NCBI GenBank assembly: GCA_022482735.1 | Contig: JAKVOO010000001.1 | Coordinates: 838,837 to 902,836, forward strand | Length of the DNA stretch: 64,000 bases | Reading direction: 5' to 3' | From: Bacilli bacterium | GTDB lineage: Bacteria; Bacillota_I; Bacilli_A; RFN20; CAG-826 | Part shown: positions 31,964 to 41,445 of the stretch, one piece after another | Numbering within the stretch: position 1 is the first letter of the stretch | How the letters are laid out: the number at the start of each line of letters is the position of its first letter | The notes under the pieces: generated by a model | Told to the model about the DNA's origin: nothing | The model's input: only the letters and a program-made list of their open reading frames with translations | Databases searched by the model: none | Made by a program: the position numbers and the translations under genes

Positions 31964-32659
31964 TCAATCGCTATTGATTTCCATCGGGCCACCATGATAG
32001 CAAATAATTTTATTTGGATTCAGGCGCAATATCCGATCAAATGATTTTTTTGCGGTCACCGAGTCTAAGGTATATATTGGGTTGGCCACTTCAAGACGGC
32101 CATCTTCAATTACCATTGCATCTCCAGCCACGACAACATTGAATTTTTCCAAAAAAAGAGAGATATGCCCAGGCATATGTCCCGGAGTGGAAATAACTTT
32201 AACTCCACCAACCCAAGGCAAAATATCACCATCACGCACTGTGATATCTACCGCAACCGGTTCCACACTGCGAAGAATATTTATAAAGTGAATTCCATTA
32301 GTTCTTTGAATACCATTTAGTTTAGGCTGTAATTTTTCCGCTTGCTCGAGACGCAGTGATTTCTTTTTTCCAGATATATATGGTTCTTCAATTTCACTGG
32401 CCACCACTTTAATGTTAGGGTGACTTTTCTTAAAATCGGATAGACACCCCATATGGTCGTGATCATGATGAGTTATTAAAATATGCGTTAAATCAGCAGC
32501 AGTATAGCCTTGTGCGCGAAGGGCTTTTTCGATGAGGGGAAAGAATCCAACATATCCGCAATCAATAAGCACTAAATTATGTTCATCAGATAAAAGCGTA
32601 GGATAAATAGCATTATTACCATTATTAAAACTAATGTTTAAAGCGATTACTTTGTCCAT
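31964..32659 (-). CDS. MBL-fold metallo-hydrolase.
   Basis: HxHxDH motif 'THHDHDHMG' with downstream His/Asp ligands. 231 aa. Confidence 0.85.
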   Translation of the reverse strand: MDKVIALNISFNNGNNAIYPTLLSDEHNLVLIDCGYVGFFPLIEKALRAQGYTAADLTHILITHHDHDHMGCLSDFKKSHPNIKVVASEIEEPYISGKKKSLRLEQAEKLQPKLNGIQRTNGIHFINILRSVEPVAVDITVRDGDILPWVGGVKVISTPGHMPGHISLFLEKFNVVVAGDAMVIEDGRLEVANPIYTLDSVTAKKSFDRILRLNPNKIICYHGGPMEINSD

Positions 32660-32802
32660 ATGTTTCCTCTATATGTATATATTATATTAAAAATCATAAA
32701 TATTAACAAAAGATAAACACAGTAAATATTAGTTTCGAAATCTTCGTTAACAAAAGTGTCATTTTTTAGATTAAAAGGTTTTTAAGCACTGACTTATCAA
32801 GT

Positions 32803-34290
32803 TTACTTAGATTCTTTTAGAACAAGAACGTTGATTGACTGGCCTTTTAAGGTAATTTTTTTCTCATCATTAATCGGTTCATCTATGGGTAATATTTGAT
32901 TGGGATAATCAAATGTGTTTTTAGCATGCAGTTGGCCACTTATTGAAATGTGTTTTCTAACAATTCCTAAATTACCATTTAAAATAACGTTAAGTTCACT
33001 ATCTTCAGGTGACTTATTTAAAATAAAAACACGATACTCATTTTCGTTCTTAACAACTGCACAATGAAGACTCTTAATGATTCCATAATGTGTATTGATT
33101 GTTTCAGAATCTACTATCGGCTTGATAGCAACTCCTTCAGAAAAAATTCTTGCAAGTTGAAATGGATAGTATATTGTTTGCTTAACCATTCTACCATTGT
33201 TTTCAGTCATAATTGGAGCAATAACGTTTACTAGTTGAGCTAAACAGCTTATTTTCACTTTGTCGCAATTATTAATAATAGAAATAATCAGTCCGAAAAA
33301 AGTTAGCGCATCTTCAAAGTCAAAGGTATTTTCTACTCTGCGGGGTCCTACTGTCCATTCATCTTCGTAATTGTTGTTGTAGACTTTCTCTTCCTTAATC
33401 GGTTTTTGATGCCATATATTCCATTCATCTAAAGAAAGAAAAACGTCATGTTTGCTTCTTTTCAATGCTTTGACGTATTTAATAACTGAAAAAGCTTCGT
33501 CAATATATTTTTCTAAATCAATATGTGATGACAAGTAATCAGCTGTTGAAAAATCTTTTTCTAATGAATAATAACGATGAATTGATAAAAAATTAACATC
33601 ATCATAAAGATGTTCAAGAATAACTCGGTCCCAAACTGGGTATGTCGGCTGCCAAGGTCCGGATGATCCTGAAGCGATAAGCGAAATTTTGGGATCAATC
33701 CATCTCATGACTTTAGCTGCTTCGTGTGCCTTACGACCATATTCATCCGCCGTAAGGGAATTGATTTGCCAAGATCCGTCCATTTCATTTCCTAAACACC
33801 AATATTTAATATTAAATGGGGATAAGTCACCATTTTTAATTCTTAAATTACTATACTCACTGCCACTGTTTATATTGCAATATTCCACCAACTCGCCGGC
33901 CTCTTTGGGTGTTCCAGTACCCATATTTACTGCCATCATTACATCAAAATTGGCTAGTTTGGAGTAATGCATAAATTCGTGAAGCCCAATTTCATTGGGC
34001 TCTATTTGTCTCCATGCCAAATCCAATTTTGGCTTACGTTTAGTGCCAATTCCGTCCTTCCAATTATATCCGGAGACAAAATTTCCGCCTGGATAACGTA
34101 CTAGTGGGAGGTTAAGTTCTTTTATACTAGCTAATACATCTGTGCGAAATCCCTCTTTAGTGATTTCTGAATGAGTTGGTTCATAAATGCCATGATAAAC
34201 ACTACGCCCCATATGCTCAATAAATGAAGAAAAAAGCAGTGGGGATATTTCAGAAATAATGTAGTCTTGATCTATTTTAATAGTGGCCAT
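32803..34290 (-). CDS. GH51 alpha-L-arabinofuranosidase (intracellular).
   Basis: N-terminus 'MATIKIDQDYIISEISPLLFSSFIEHMGRSVYHGIYEP' with 'YPGGNFVSGYNWKDGIG' and 'WCLGNEMDG' (catalytic Glu). 495 aa, no signal peptide. Confidence 0.9.
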   Translation of the reverse strand: MATIKIDQDYIISEISPLLFSSFIEHMGRSVYHGIYEPTHSEITKEGFRTDVLASIKELNLPLVRYPGGNFVSGYNWKDGIGTKRKPKLDLAWRQIEPNEIGLHEFMHYSKLANFDVMMAVNMGTGTPKEAGELVEYCNINSGSEYSNLRIKNGDLSPFNIKYWCLGNEMDGSWQINSLTADEYGRKAHEAAKVMRWIDPKISLIASGSSGPWQPTYPVWDRVILEHLYDDVNFLSIHRYYSLEKDFSTADYLSSHIDLEKYIDEAFSVIKYVKALKRSKHDVFLSLDEWNIWHQKPIKEEKVYNNNYEDEWTVGPRRVENTFDFEDALTFFGLIISIINNCDKVKISCLAQLVNVIAPIMTENNGRMVKQTIYYPFQLARIFSEGVAIKPIVDSETINTHYGIIKSLHCAVVKNENEYRVFILNKSPEDSELNVILNGNLGIVRKHISISGQLHAKNTFDYPNQILPIDEPINDEKKITLKGQSINVLVLKESK

Positions 34291-34360
34291 AAATGTTTTC
34301 CTTATAAATGTTCGATAAAACTTCCAGCAAAAAAGTTATTGCTGGAAGTTTTTTTAATGT

Positions 34361-36094
34361 TTAGGCAATGTAGAATAGTGGTCTTGACATGTTGAAACTA
34401 CCAGCATAAGTTCCATCGGGTATGGTTGTAGTAGAACAAATATAAAGTTCAATTTTAGCAATATCTTGGGTAACTTTTTGAGTAAAAACGTAAGTGTTTG
34501 ATTCTTCAACCTCAAAACTTCTAGAATAGATTTCGGTTTCTGATGCGTTTTTAAGTTTAATAAAAATATAGATGGTACTCGCCCCAGTATTTTTAAACCG
34601 CATAGCCATCAAATTGGCAGAATCCAAGCTATGATAGACTGTGGTTTTAATATTTTGCCAACTTCCTTTCGTTGCATTAGTATAACTCACCCCTACTGAT
34701 TGATTGGCTAAACTAGTAAGTGTATAGGTGGTATTCCCTGACCAAGTGGGTGCGTTTGTTAGGTTAATGAACCGCGGGTTGGTGACTATAAATGATCCAC
34801 TGGATGCTTCAGTAGGAATAGAACTGCTATATGAAGCAATATATAGTTCAATTTTGGTAACTGCACTAGTAACTAACTTTCGGAAGCTATAAGTTTCATT
34901 GGGATTAAAACTAATTGTCGACCAAGAAAATTGCTCATTACCGGATTGATCAGCTTTCAGTCTACTAAGAACTACTTGGACGTAAACGGGTGTAATGCCG
35001 GTATTTACAAAATCAAGTGCTACCGCATTGGATGTATTAATATCTTGAGTTGTTGCAAGATAAAGATTTTTCCATGATGAAGCGCCAATACTAGAGTAAG
35101 AAACGCTCATACGCCCAAAGTCAACTGCTGAATGAACATAATCGCTAGAACCGCTCCACGGTTTAGCTAAATCGACAAATTTCGGACTTGAAACAATAAA
35201 ACTTCCACTAGTGGCTTCATCCGGAACAGCCGAGCCATATGAGGCGATATAAAGTTCAATTTCTGTTACTTCTACGCTTAAAGCTTTTCGATAGTTATAG
35301 CTCTGTTCTGGTGCAAAATGAATTTCTTCCCATGAGAACTGATTGTTTGAGCCGTCTTTAAGAACAATTTGGACATATGCCGCATTGTTGCCTGTATTCG
35401 TAAAATCAAGCGCCAATCCACTTTCACTTGATATATCGTGAGAAACTGAAGTAAATAATCGACTATACGAGGTTTTTACAACTCCCGAATAGGTTACTTG
35501 CGTATTTCCATAGTCTAAATTGCTTGTTTCATAAATTGATGTTCCCTGCCAAGAATAATATACTGGCGCGCTGGGTTCACTGCATTCATGAATAATGGCG
35601 ACATTATTTAATTCTGAATCTTCTAATGCTTCAATTTCAAAATAACGGCTGTCACTTTCAAAATTAGTTATACCATCTACAACGACGGGAGTTACTTTTA
35701 AATTATCGTAATCATACCCCTCTTTAAGAAGCAGACTTCCAGAAGCGGCAATGGATATTGACTTAATGCCACCAATTGGTGAATCAATAGCATTGCGTAA
35801 CGTCCCGGAAGTTTTTAATTCGATATGCCCTAATGATGATTCAATGGCATTATCATATTCCATAATTACTGGATTACTCAAATAGGTTAATACCTCATAT
35901 GAATTGGAAGATGGGGTATTAGTTAGGCCTAAGGCTTGATTATTATGATCAAGTGTAATTCGATAATCCGTATAGCCAGAGTCAGCTTTTAAAAGAATAT
36001 TTGATGTATTATTCACTAGTGGCCACACAATAACCGAAACAGCTAAAGCAACACTTATAAAAAGATAGCGATAAAGTGACTTAATTTTTTTCAT
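34361..36094 (-). CDS. Secreted/anchored protein with three tandem ~125-aa beta-repeat modules of unknown family (putative glycan-binding).
   Basis: N-terminal signal-anchor. Three repeats with the recurring landmarks 'W.GS..Y', 'NTG....YVQ(I/V)VL', 'FSW..I.F....(S/T)Y..RK', 'IELYI(A/C)S' and 'SGSF'. Confidence 0.6.
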   Translation of the reverse strand: MKKIKSLYRYLFISVALAVSVIVWPLVNNTSNILLKADSGYTDYRITLDHNNQALGLTNTPSSNSYEVLTYLSNPVIMEYDNAIESSLGHIELKTSGTLRNAIDSPIGGIKSISIAASGSLLLKEGYDYDNLKVTPVVVDGITNFESDSRYFEIEALEDSELNNVAIIHECSEPSAPVYYSWQGTSIYETSNLDYGNTQVTYSGVVKTSYSRLFTSVSHDISSESGLALDFTNTGNNAAYVQIVLKDGSNNQFSWEEIHFAPEQSYNYRKALSVEVTEIELYIASYGSAVPDEATSGSFIVSSPKFVDLAKPWSGSSDYVHSAVDFGRMSVSYSSIGASSWKNLYLATTQDINTSNAVALDFVNTGITPVYVQVVLSRLKADQSGNEQFSWSTISFNPNETYSFRKLVTSAVTKIELYIASYSSSIPTEASSGSFIVTNPRFINLTNAPTWSGNTTYTLTSLANQSVGVSYTNATKGSWQNIKTTVYHSLDSANLMAMRFKNTGASTIYIFIKLKNASETEIYSRSFEVEESNTYVFTQKVTQDIAKIELYICSTTTIPDGTYAGSFNMSRPLFYIA

Positions 36095-36163
36095 AATTTA
36101 ATCCTTTCTTTTTGATATTTAAATTAATTTATTAAAATATAGAACATAAAAACAATAATCTTC

Positions 36164-38425
36164 TTATTCGGTTAAGTTTGAAAAAACGGGTTCAGTTAGT
36201 TCAAGTGATCCTGATGTCATTTCACCTCCTTCACCATTATAATTTTCAGCATTTGTCCAGATCATGATAGTTGAAACTTGACGTAATGTTGTAAATACTA
36301 TTTCTTTGGATTCGGAAACTCCCAGGAAAAAAGACGCATAAGTAATCTCCCCTTCTGCATCATATGCCTTAATGTAATAAAAGTTATCTTGACTACTTTT
36401 ATTTGTCAGGGAAAAAGAAATTGTGTTAAAAAGAGAAAAATCATAGTTGATGTCAGCGGATATATTTTGATTCCAGTCGCCGTTAGCAATTGAAGAATAA
36501 TTAAATGTCGTGAAATCTTGGGAAACAATTTGTGAATAACTACTGGTCGCTTTCCATGAACTTACCACATTGGCAAAAAGAGGATTACTCATAATAAAAC
36601 TTCCCGCATATGTTCCAGATGGAATTGACGATGTTGAACATATATAAAGTTCTATTTTCGTAATTTGGCGATCAACAATTTTAAAGTAATCATATGATTC
36701 GCCTTCCGACATTGAAAACTGGTTCCAAGCAAACTGACCACCACTTGCCGTCAACACAACTTGAATATAAACTGTTGAATCACTATTGTTAGCAAAAGAC
36801 ATCTCAACCGAATTTGTCTCTGGATACTGATGAATAACGTTAGCATATATATTGGACCAACTTGCAGACGTTATTTCACTATAATCGACCTTGACGGTTC
36901 CGTTTTGAAGATCGATTACTTGATATTTACTACTCCCATTCCAAGTTGGAGCAGGGGTCTCATTGGAGAAAATTGGGTTAGTTATTCTAAATGATCCAGC
37001 CGTCAAATCATTCGCTTCCCCAACATAAGAATGCGCATTAACAAAAACAACCATTTTAGCAATTGCTTCGTTTAAAACAAGTTTAATTACTTTCGAGGCG
37101 TTGGCATCAAGAGAGAAACCACTGGCTGCAACCTCACCTCCAGATTGATTTTGAGCTTTTACATAAAAGGAAGTACTTATATCGCCTAAATTTTCAATTG
37201 TAACTGAAACGACAATATAGTCTGGATAATTATTTCCGACAATTGCACTGATGTTTTGATCCCAGTTTCCATTGGACAAATCGGAAAAAGTAAATATTGA
37301 TTCTCCTGTTAATTTCTCATTGATAAATTTTCCTGTTCCGCTCCACATTGAGAGTGTGCCTGGATCTACATGCTTTAATTCATAACTTGAAATTTTAAAG
37401 GTCCCAGAATAAGTTCCGGCGGGAATACTATTAGTTGAAGAAACAAAAATAACAATTCTTCTAATAGCTTCACTCAAAGGAATAGATACTGCTTTTGTTT
37501 CATAAGCGTTAAGAATGATATTATCCCAAGTTAAACTGCTGCTATCATCACTGTTGCTACTTGCTACTGTTTTTATACTCAAATAGACTATCGTTGCGCC
37601 TGTATTTTCAAACATGAAAGCAACTGTATTTTGTGTTGGAAAATCCATACTTTCAATTGAAGTTGAAACATATTGCCATGAGCCTTTCGCCACCCCGGTA
37701 AAAGAAACGTTTGTTTCGTTTCCTAAAGAGGTAACCATCATTGCGCCACTACCAGACCATGGTGACGCAGATACAAGTTGCGAATCATCTGGCTTTGTGC
37801 TTGAAAACCAAGTTTCATGTATTGTTATAACTCCGCTATTAAGCGCGCCTTTTAGTCCTGGCTCTGCGATAAATTCAATTGAATCAACCGCATCAAGCAT
37901 CCATGCTCGCTCAGGATTGATATCATAGGAATAAGTATTAATTCCATTTTCAAGAGAAATAATCCGATCTGGACCAATAATAAGGTTAGAGGCAGTTTCA
38001 TCCATTATTCTAAGCAAAACTGTTTTGCCAACTTCGCCCGATAAAGTAATGTTTAAATACCGAAAACTTGTCGACATATTTTGTATTTCTGCAACAAGCG
38101 GGCAATATCCATCTAGTGAACCCGATTTCACATAACGAACCGCTGTAGAACCATCATTTTCTACAGTGACTTCCGTATATACAGTTTCGGATTCCGCCTG
38201 CCATTTAGCAAAATAAAAATCGCCAGTTCCTTCGTATATATTGGTAATTGGATTGCCAATTAGCGATGAGGTATCTGAACCGATTGAAGTCACTATCTCC
38301 GATGATGTTACTGTGTTTGAATTATCAGTAGATAATAATGATGAACTATTCGAAACATTACTACAGGCGACCAACAGTACCGAGAAAAGACCTAATATTG
38401 AGCTTGCAATCCGACTTTTCTTCAT
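36164..38425 (-). CDS. Large surface lipoprotein built from about six copies of the same ~125-aa beta-repeat module as 34361..36094.
   Basis: Lipobox LLVACSN. Repeats contain the 'IELYICSTSSIPSGTYAGSFIMSNPLF' and 'NTG..IVYLSIK' type motifs shared with the neighbouring gene. Confidence 0.6.
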   Translation of the reverse strand: MKKSRIASSILGLFSVLLVACSNVSNSSSLLSTDNSNTVTSSEIVTSIGSDTSSLIGNPITNIYEGTGDFYFAKWQAESETVYTEVTVENDGSTAVRYVKSGSLDGYCPLVAEIQNMSTSFRYLNITLSGEVGKTVLLRIMDETASNLIIGPDRIISLENGINTYSYDINPERAWMLDAVDSIEFIAEPGLKGALNSGVITIHETWFSSTKPDDSQLVSASPWSGSGAMMVTSLGNETNVSFTGVAKGSWQYVSTSIESMDFPTQNTVAFMFENTGATIVYLSIKTVASSNSDDSSSLTWDNIILNAYETKAVSIPLSEAIRRIVIFVSSTNSIPAGTYSGTFKISSYELKHVDPGTLSMWSGTGKFINEKLTGESIFTFSDLSNGNWDQNISAIVGNNYPDYIVVSVTIENLGDISTSFYVKAQNQSGGEVAASGFSLDANASKVIKLVLNEAIAKMVVFVNAHSYVGEANDLTAGSFRITNPIFSNETPAPTWNGSSKYQVIDLQNGTVKVDYSEITSASWSNIYANVIHQYPETNSVEMSFANNSDSTVYIQVVLTASGGQFAWNQFSMSEGESYDYFKIVDRQITKIELYICSTSSIPSGTYAGSFIMSNPLFANVVSSWKATSSYSQIVSQDFTTFNYSSIANGDWNQNISADINYDFSLFNTISFSLTNKSSQDNFYYIKAYDAEGEITYASFFLGVSESKEIVFTTLRQVSTIMIWTNAENYNGEGGEMTSGSLELTEPVFSNLTE

Positions 38426-38511
38426 ATGTAATACTTTCCTCCTTGTTTATTAAAAGTTTCTGACTGAAAACCAGAAATAGAAATTTGTTTTAAACCTTTG
38501 CAACATCGCAT

Positions 38512-39672
38512 TTATTCACCATACTTATCTAAATCTATAAAAGACCAAAATGCTTGCTTCGGCTCATGAAATTCATCAAATAATAAAGGCCAATTTTTTC
38601 TTCCGGAAACAGGATTGTTGTCAAGCCACGTAATGTCATCGGCAACCCCCCACATCGTTACCCCAGTTACTTTTCCATATGCGTCATTTTCTGGATGGGA
38701 GTATTTGCGAGCAATACCCATTATTTGACCATACATTGAAGCCTGTATTTTTGATAGTGATTCCGGAATTTCATCATAGGTAATTGGATATGTTGAGTAA
38801 GGATATATGGAAACATCCAATTCCGTTATTTGAACGTCTAATCCCCGCTCGACAATTGAACGGATGGTATTCTCAAATTCATCAATATTAAATGATCCTA
38901 AATAGTAATGAGCTTGAAGCCCAACTCCTTCAATTGGTGTTCCGTCTAAAGCAAATTGGTCAAGCATTTTTAATAAGGCCTCGCGCTTATTAGGGTAGTT
39001 GAGACCATAATCGTTGTAGAATAACTTAAAATTATAATTATTTTCTTGACGAACCCGATAGGCTTCTTTAAATGCCGATTCTATATAGTCAATTCCACAA
39101 ATAGCAAATAAATCTCCACCCGTTGCATCATTAGTCTCATCTCCTGTCCGATAAAAATCGCCACTTTCAACTTGCGCCAATGAAGGATAGTCACGCAAGG
39201 CTTCGTTTACAACATCCCAAACATAAACATCATCTTTAAAATGGTTTATTACGCCTTCAACATGATTTTCAATCCGAGAAATAAGCTTTTCTTTAGATGG
39301 ATTATCCGATAAAACATAACGCGGCAAAGATTTATACCAAACCAAAGTATGACCACGTACCCCTTTGCCATTTTCTTTTGCATACTCAACCATCGGATCT
39401 GAAGAAGAAAAATCAAACTGTCCCTCTAACGGCTCAGTAATCGACCACTTTGCCTCATATTCTTGCGTAATGCTATTAAAATTCGGTAGCAAATCCTCAT
39501 AAAGAGAAATTTTATTTTCCGTCAAAGCCGCGCCAATAGGAAAGTAATTAGCATAGACATCTTTTAACAAAGGTACAGTTACTTCAGAACTAGATGATCC
39601 GTTGTTTGGGGTTGAACATGCCGTTAAAAGACAAAGTCCAAACATCATAAGAAAATTAAGATTTTTTTTCAT
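38512..39672 (-). CDS. GH10 endo-1,4-beta-xylanase lipoprotein.
   Basis: Lipobox LLTACST. GH10 motifs 'VRGHTLVW', 'WDVVNEA' (acid/base) and 'ITELDVS' (nucleophile). Confidence 0.9.
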   Translation of the reverse strand: MKKNLNFLMMFGLCLLTACSTPNNGSSSSEVTVPLLKDVYANYFPIGAALTENKISLYEDLLPNFNSITQEYEAKWSITEPLEGQFDFSSSDPMVEYAKENGKGVRGHTLVWYKSLPRYVLSDNPSKEKLISRIENHVEGVINHFKDDVYVWDVVNEALRDYPSLAQVESGDFYRTGDETNDATGGDLFAICGIDYIESAFKEAYRVRQENNYNFKLFYNDYGLNYPNKREALLKMLDQFALDGTPIEGVGLQAHYYLGSFNIDEFENTIRSIVERGLDVQITELDVSIYPYSTYPITYDEIPESLSKIQASMYGQIMGIARKYSHPENDAYGKVTGVTMWGVADDITWLDNNPVSGRKNWPLLFDEFHEPKQAFWSFIDLDKYGE

Positions 39673-39675
39673 TTA

Positions 39676-40527
39676 TTACTCCTTTGATCCACCAACTGAG
39701 ACGCCGCCCACAATGTATCGTGATAAAAGAAGATAGACGACAATAAGTGGAATTACCGTTAGAAATAAACCATTATATATTGCTCCAATATCGGTCGCAT
39801 ACATGTTTGTTTTCAACATATTTACTACAAGAGGCATAGTATAAAGTTTTTCATCGCTGATTAAAATTGTTGGCATTAAGTAATTATTCCATGTGGCAAT
39901 AAATGTTCCTATCGCAATAGTAGCCAACGCTGGGATAGAAGTTGGAATGATTATGCGATTAAATATATTCCACTCACTTGACCCATCTATTCTTGCCGCT
40001 TCAATCATTTCAATATTTAAATTGGCTTTAAAATATTGAAAAAGAAAGAATACGTGCCCGGCACTGGCAATTGATGGAAGAATTAATGGTAAATAGCTAT
40101 CAATCCATCCCAATTGAAGCATAAACTGATAAAAACCAATGATTCCCAACTGTCCAGGAATCATAATAATGAATAAAACAAACGAATACATAAGTTTGTT
40201 GCCTTTAAAGTTATACACCTTGAATCCATAGGCGGTAAGAGCGGAAAAATATACCGAAAGAAAAGTACTTGATACGGATACGATAAGACTATTTAGCATC
40301 GCTCTCCAAATATTTAAGCCATGGCTGACAAGAGAATTAAAGTTTTTAAAGAAATAGTTCGACGGCAAAAACGAAACGAAGTTTTGCAATTCTAGGGTTG
40401 ATCTTGTCGCATTGACAAACAGCATATAGAATGGGAAAAGAGTCAATAGCAAATAAAATATTAATATGCCATATAATAGTGCCCGAATAAATTTGTCAAA
40501 AACTTCGCGAGTTAATGTTTTATGCAT
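39676..40527 (-). CDS. Carbohydrate ABC transporter permease (MalG-like).
   Basis: Multi-TM protein with the EAA region 'IEAARIDGSSEWNIFNRIIIP'. Confidence 0.85.
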   Translation of the reverse strand: MHKTLTREVFDKFIRALLYGILIFYLLLTLFPFYMLFVNATRSTLELQNFVSFLPSNYFFKNFNSLVSHGLNIWRAMLNSLIVSVSSTFLSVYFSALTAYGFKVYNFKGNKLMYSFVLFIIMIPGQLGIIGFYQFMLQLGWIDSYLPLILPSIASAGHVFFLFQYFKANLNIEMIEAARIDGSSEWNIFNRIIIPTSIPALATIAIGTFIATWNNYLMPTILISDEKLYTMPLVVNMLKTNMYATDIGAIYNGLFLTVIPLIVVYLLLSRYIVGGVSVGGSKE

Positions 40528-41445
40528 TTTTGTTTCCTCGCTCCTTGGTTATTCTAAAAACCAAAACACTTAAGATAACGGCAACTATTGTTAATATGAC
40601 TGAGCCAGGCTGAAGCTCCGCCAAAATTGTTATCACCGGTAAAACCTAGCTTATAAATAAATATAGCAATTGTTGTTGTTGCTTTTTGTGGTCCACCATT
40701 TGCGAAGCAAAAATGGGATATCGAAAACCTGAAGCCCTCCCACCATGCTAGTAACAAAGGTATATATTAAAACTGGCTTTATTATTGGAATCGTTATATG
40801 AAAGAAACTAGTAAATGGACCCGCTCCATCAATTAAAGCCGCTTCATAAATTGAGTCATTTACTCCAAGCATAGCTGCCATTATGACAATCATTTGAGGG
40901 CCTGTCCAAATTAGAAACTGAATGAAACATACAATTAGTCGCGTCCCCCATTCATCAAGTAAAAATTGGTAATCATCCGCAATCCATCCAAATTGATGGG
41001 CAATCATTGTTATCGTTCCTGAAGGGTGCGCGAACATTGAAGCAAACAAAGAGGCAATAGAAGCTGCCGTAATAATGTGAGGCATATAATATACGGTCTT
41101 AAAAATTGATTTTCCCTTTATCTTTAAACGCTTATTGGAGAAAATCCAAGCAAATGATAGCGCTAGGGTAAATTGAGGAACAAAATTTATAATCCAGATT
41201 ACAACGGTGTTTCCTAGCGAATACCAAAAATCACTATTTGTTGCCAGCCACTGATAGTTAGAAATGCCAACCATGTTGAATGTTGAGTTAAGCCCTCTTA
41301 AATCAGTAAAACTCAAAAATATTGTATAAAGAATTGGGTAGAGTCCAAATATCAAGTAAGCTATAAAAAAGGGCGCAACAAAGTAATAGCCATAACGGCT
41401 GTAATTAATTCTTTTTTTACTACTTCTACCAGTTGTCATTTTCAT
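40498..41445 (-). CDS. Carbohydrate ABC transporter permease (MalF-like). Two frameshifts in its 3' end (~40735 and ~40600) split it into ORFs 40651..41445 and 40554..40757, plus an untracked terminal frame.
   Basis: The main body has EAA 'YEAALIDGAGPFTSFFHITIP'. The shifted frame gives 'FANGGP...YKLGFTGDNNFGGASA'. The third frame gives '...VILTIVAVILSVLVFRITKERGNKNA*', ending at the ATG of the next permease. Confidence 0.7.
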
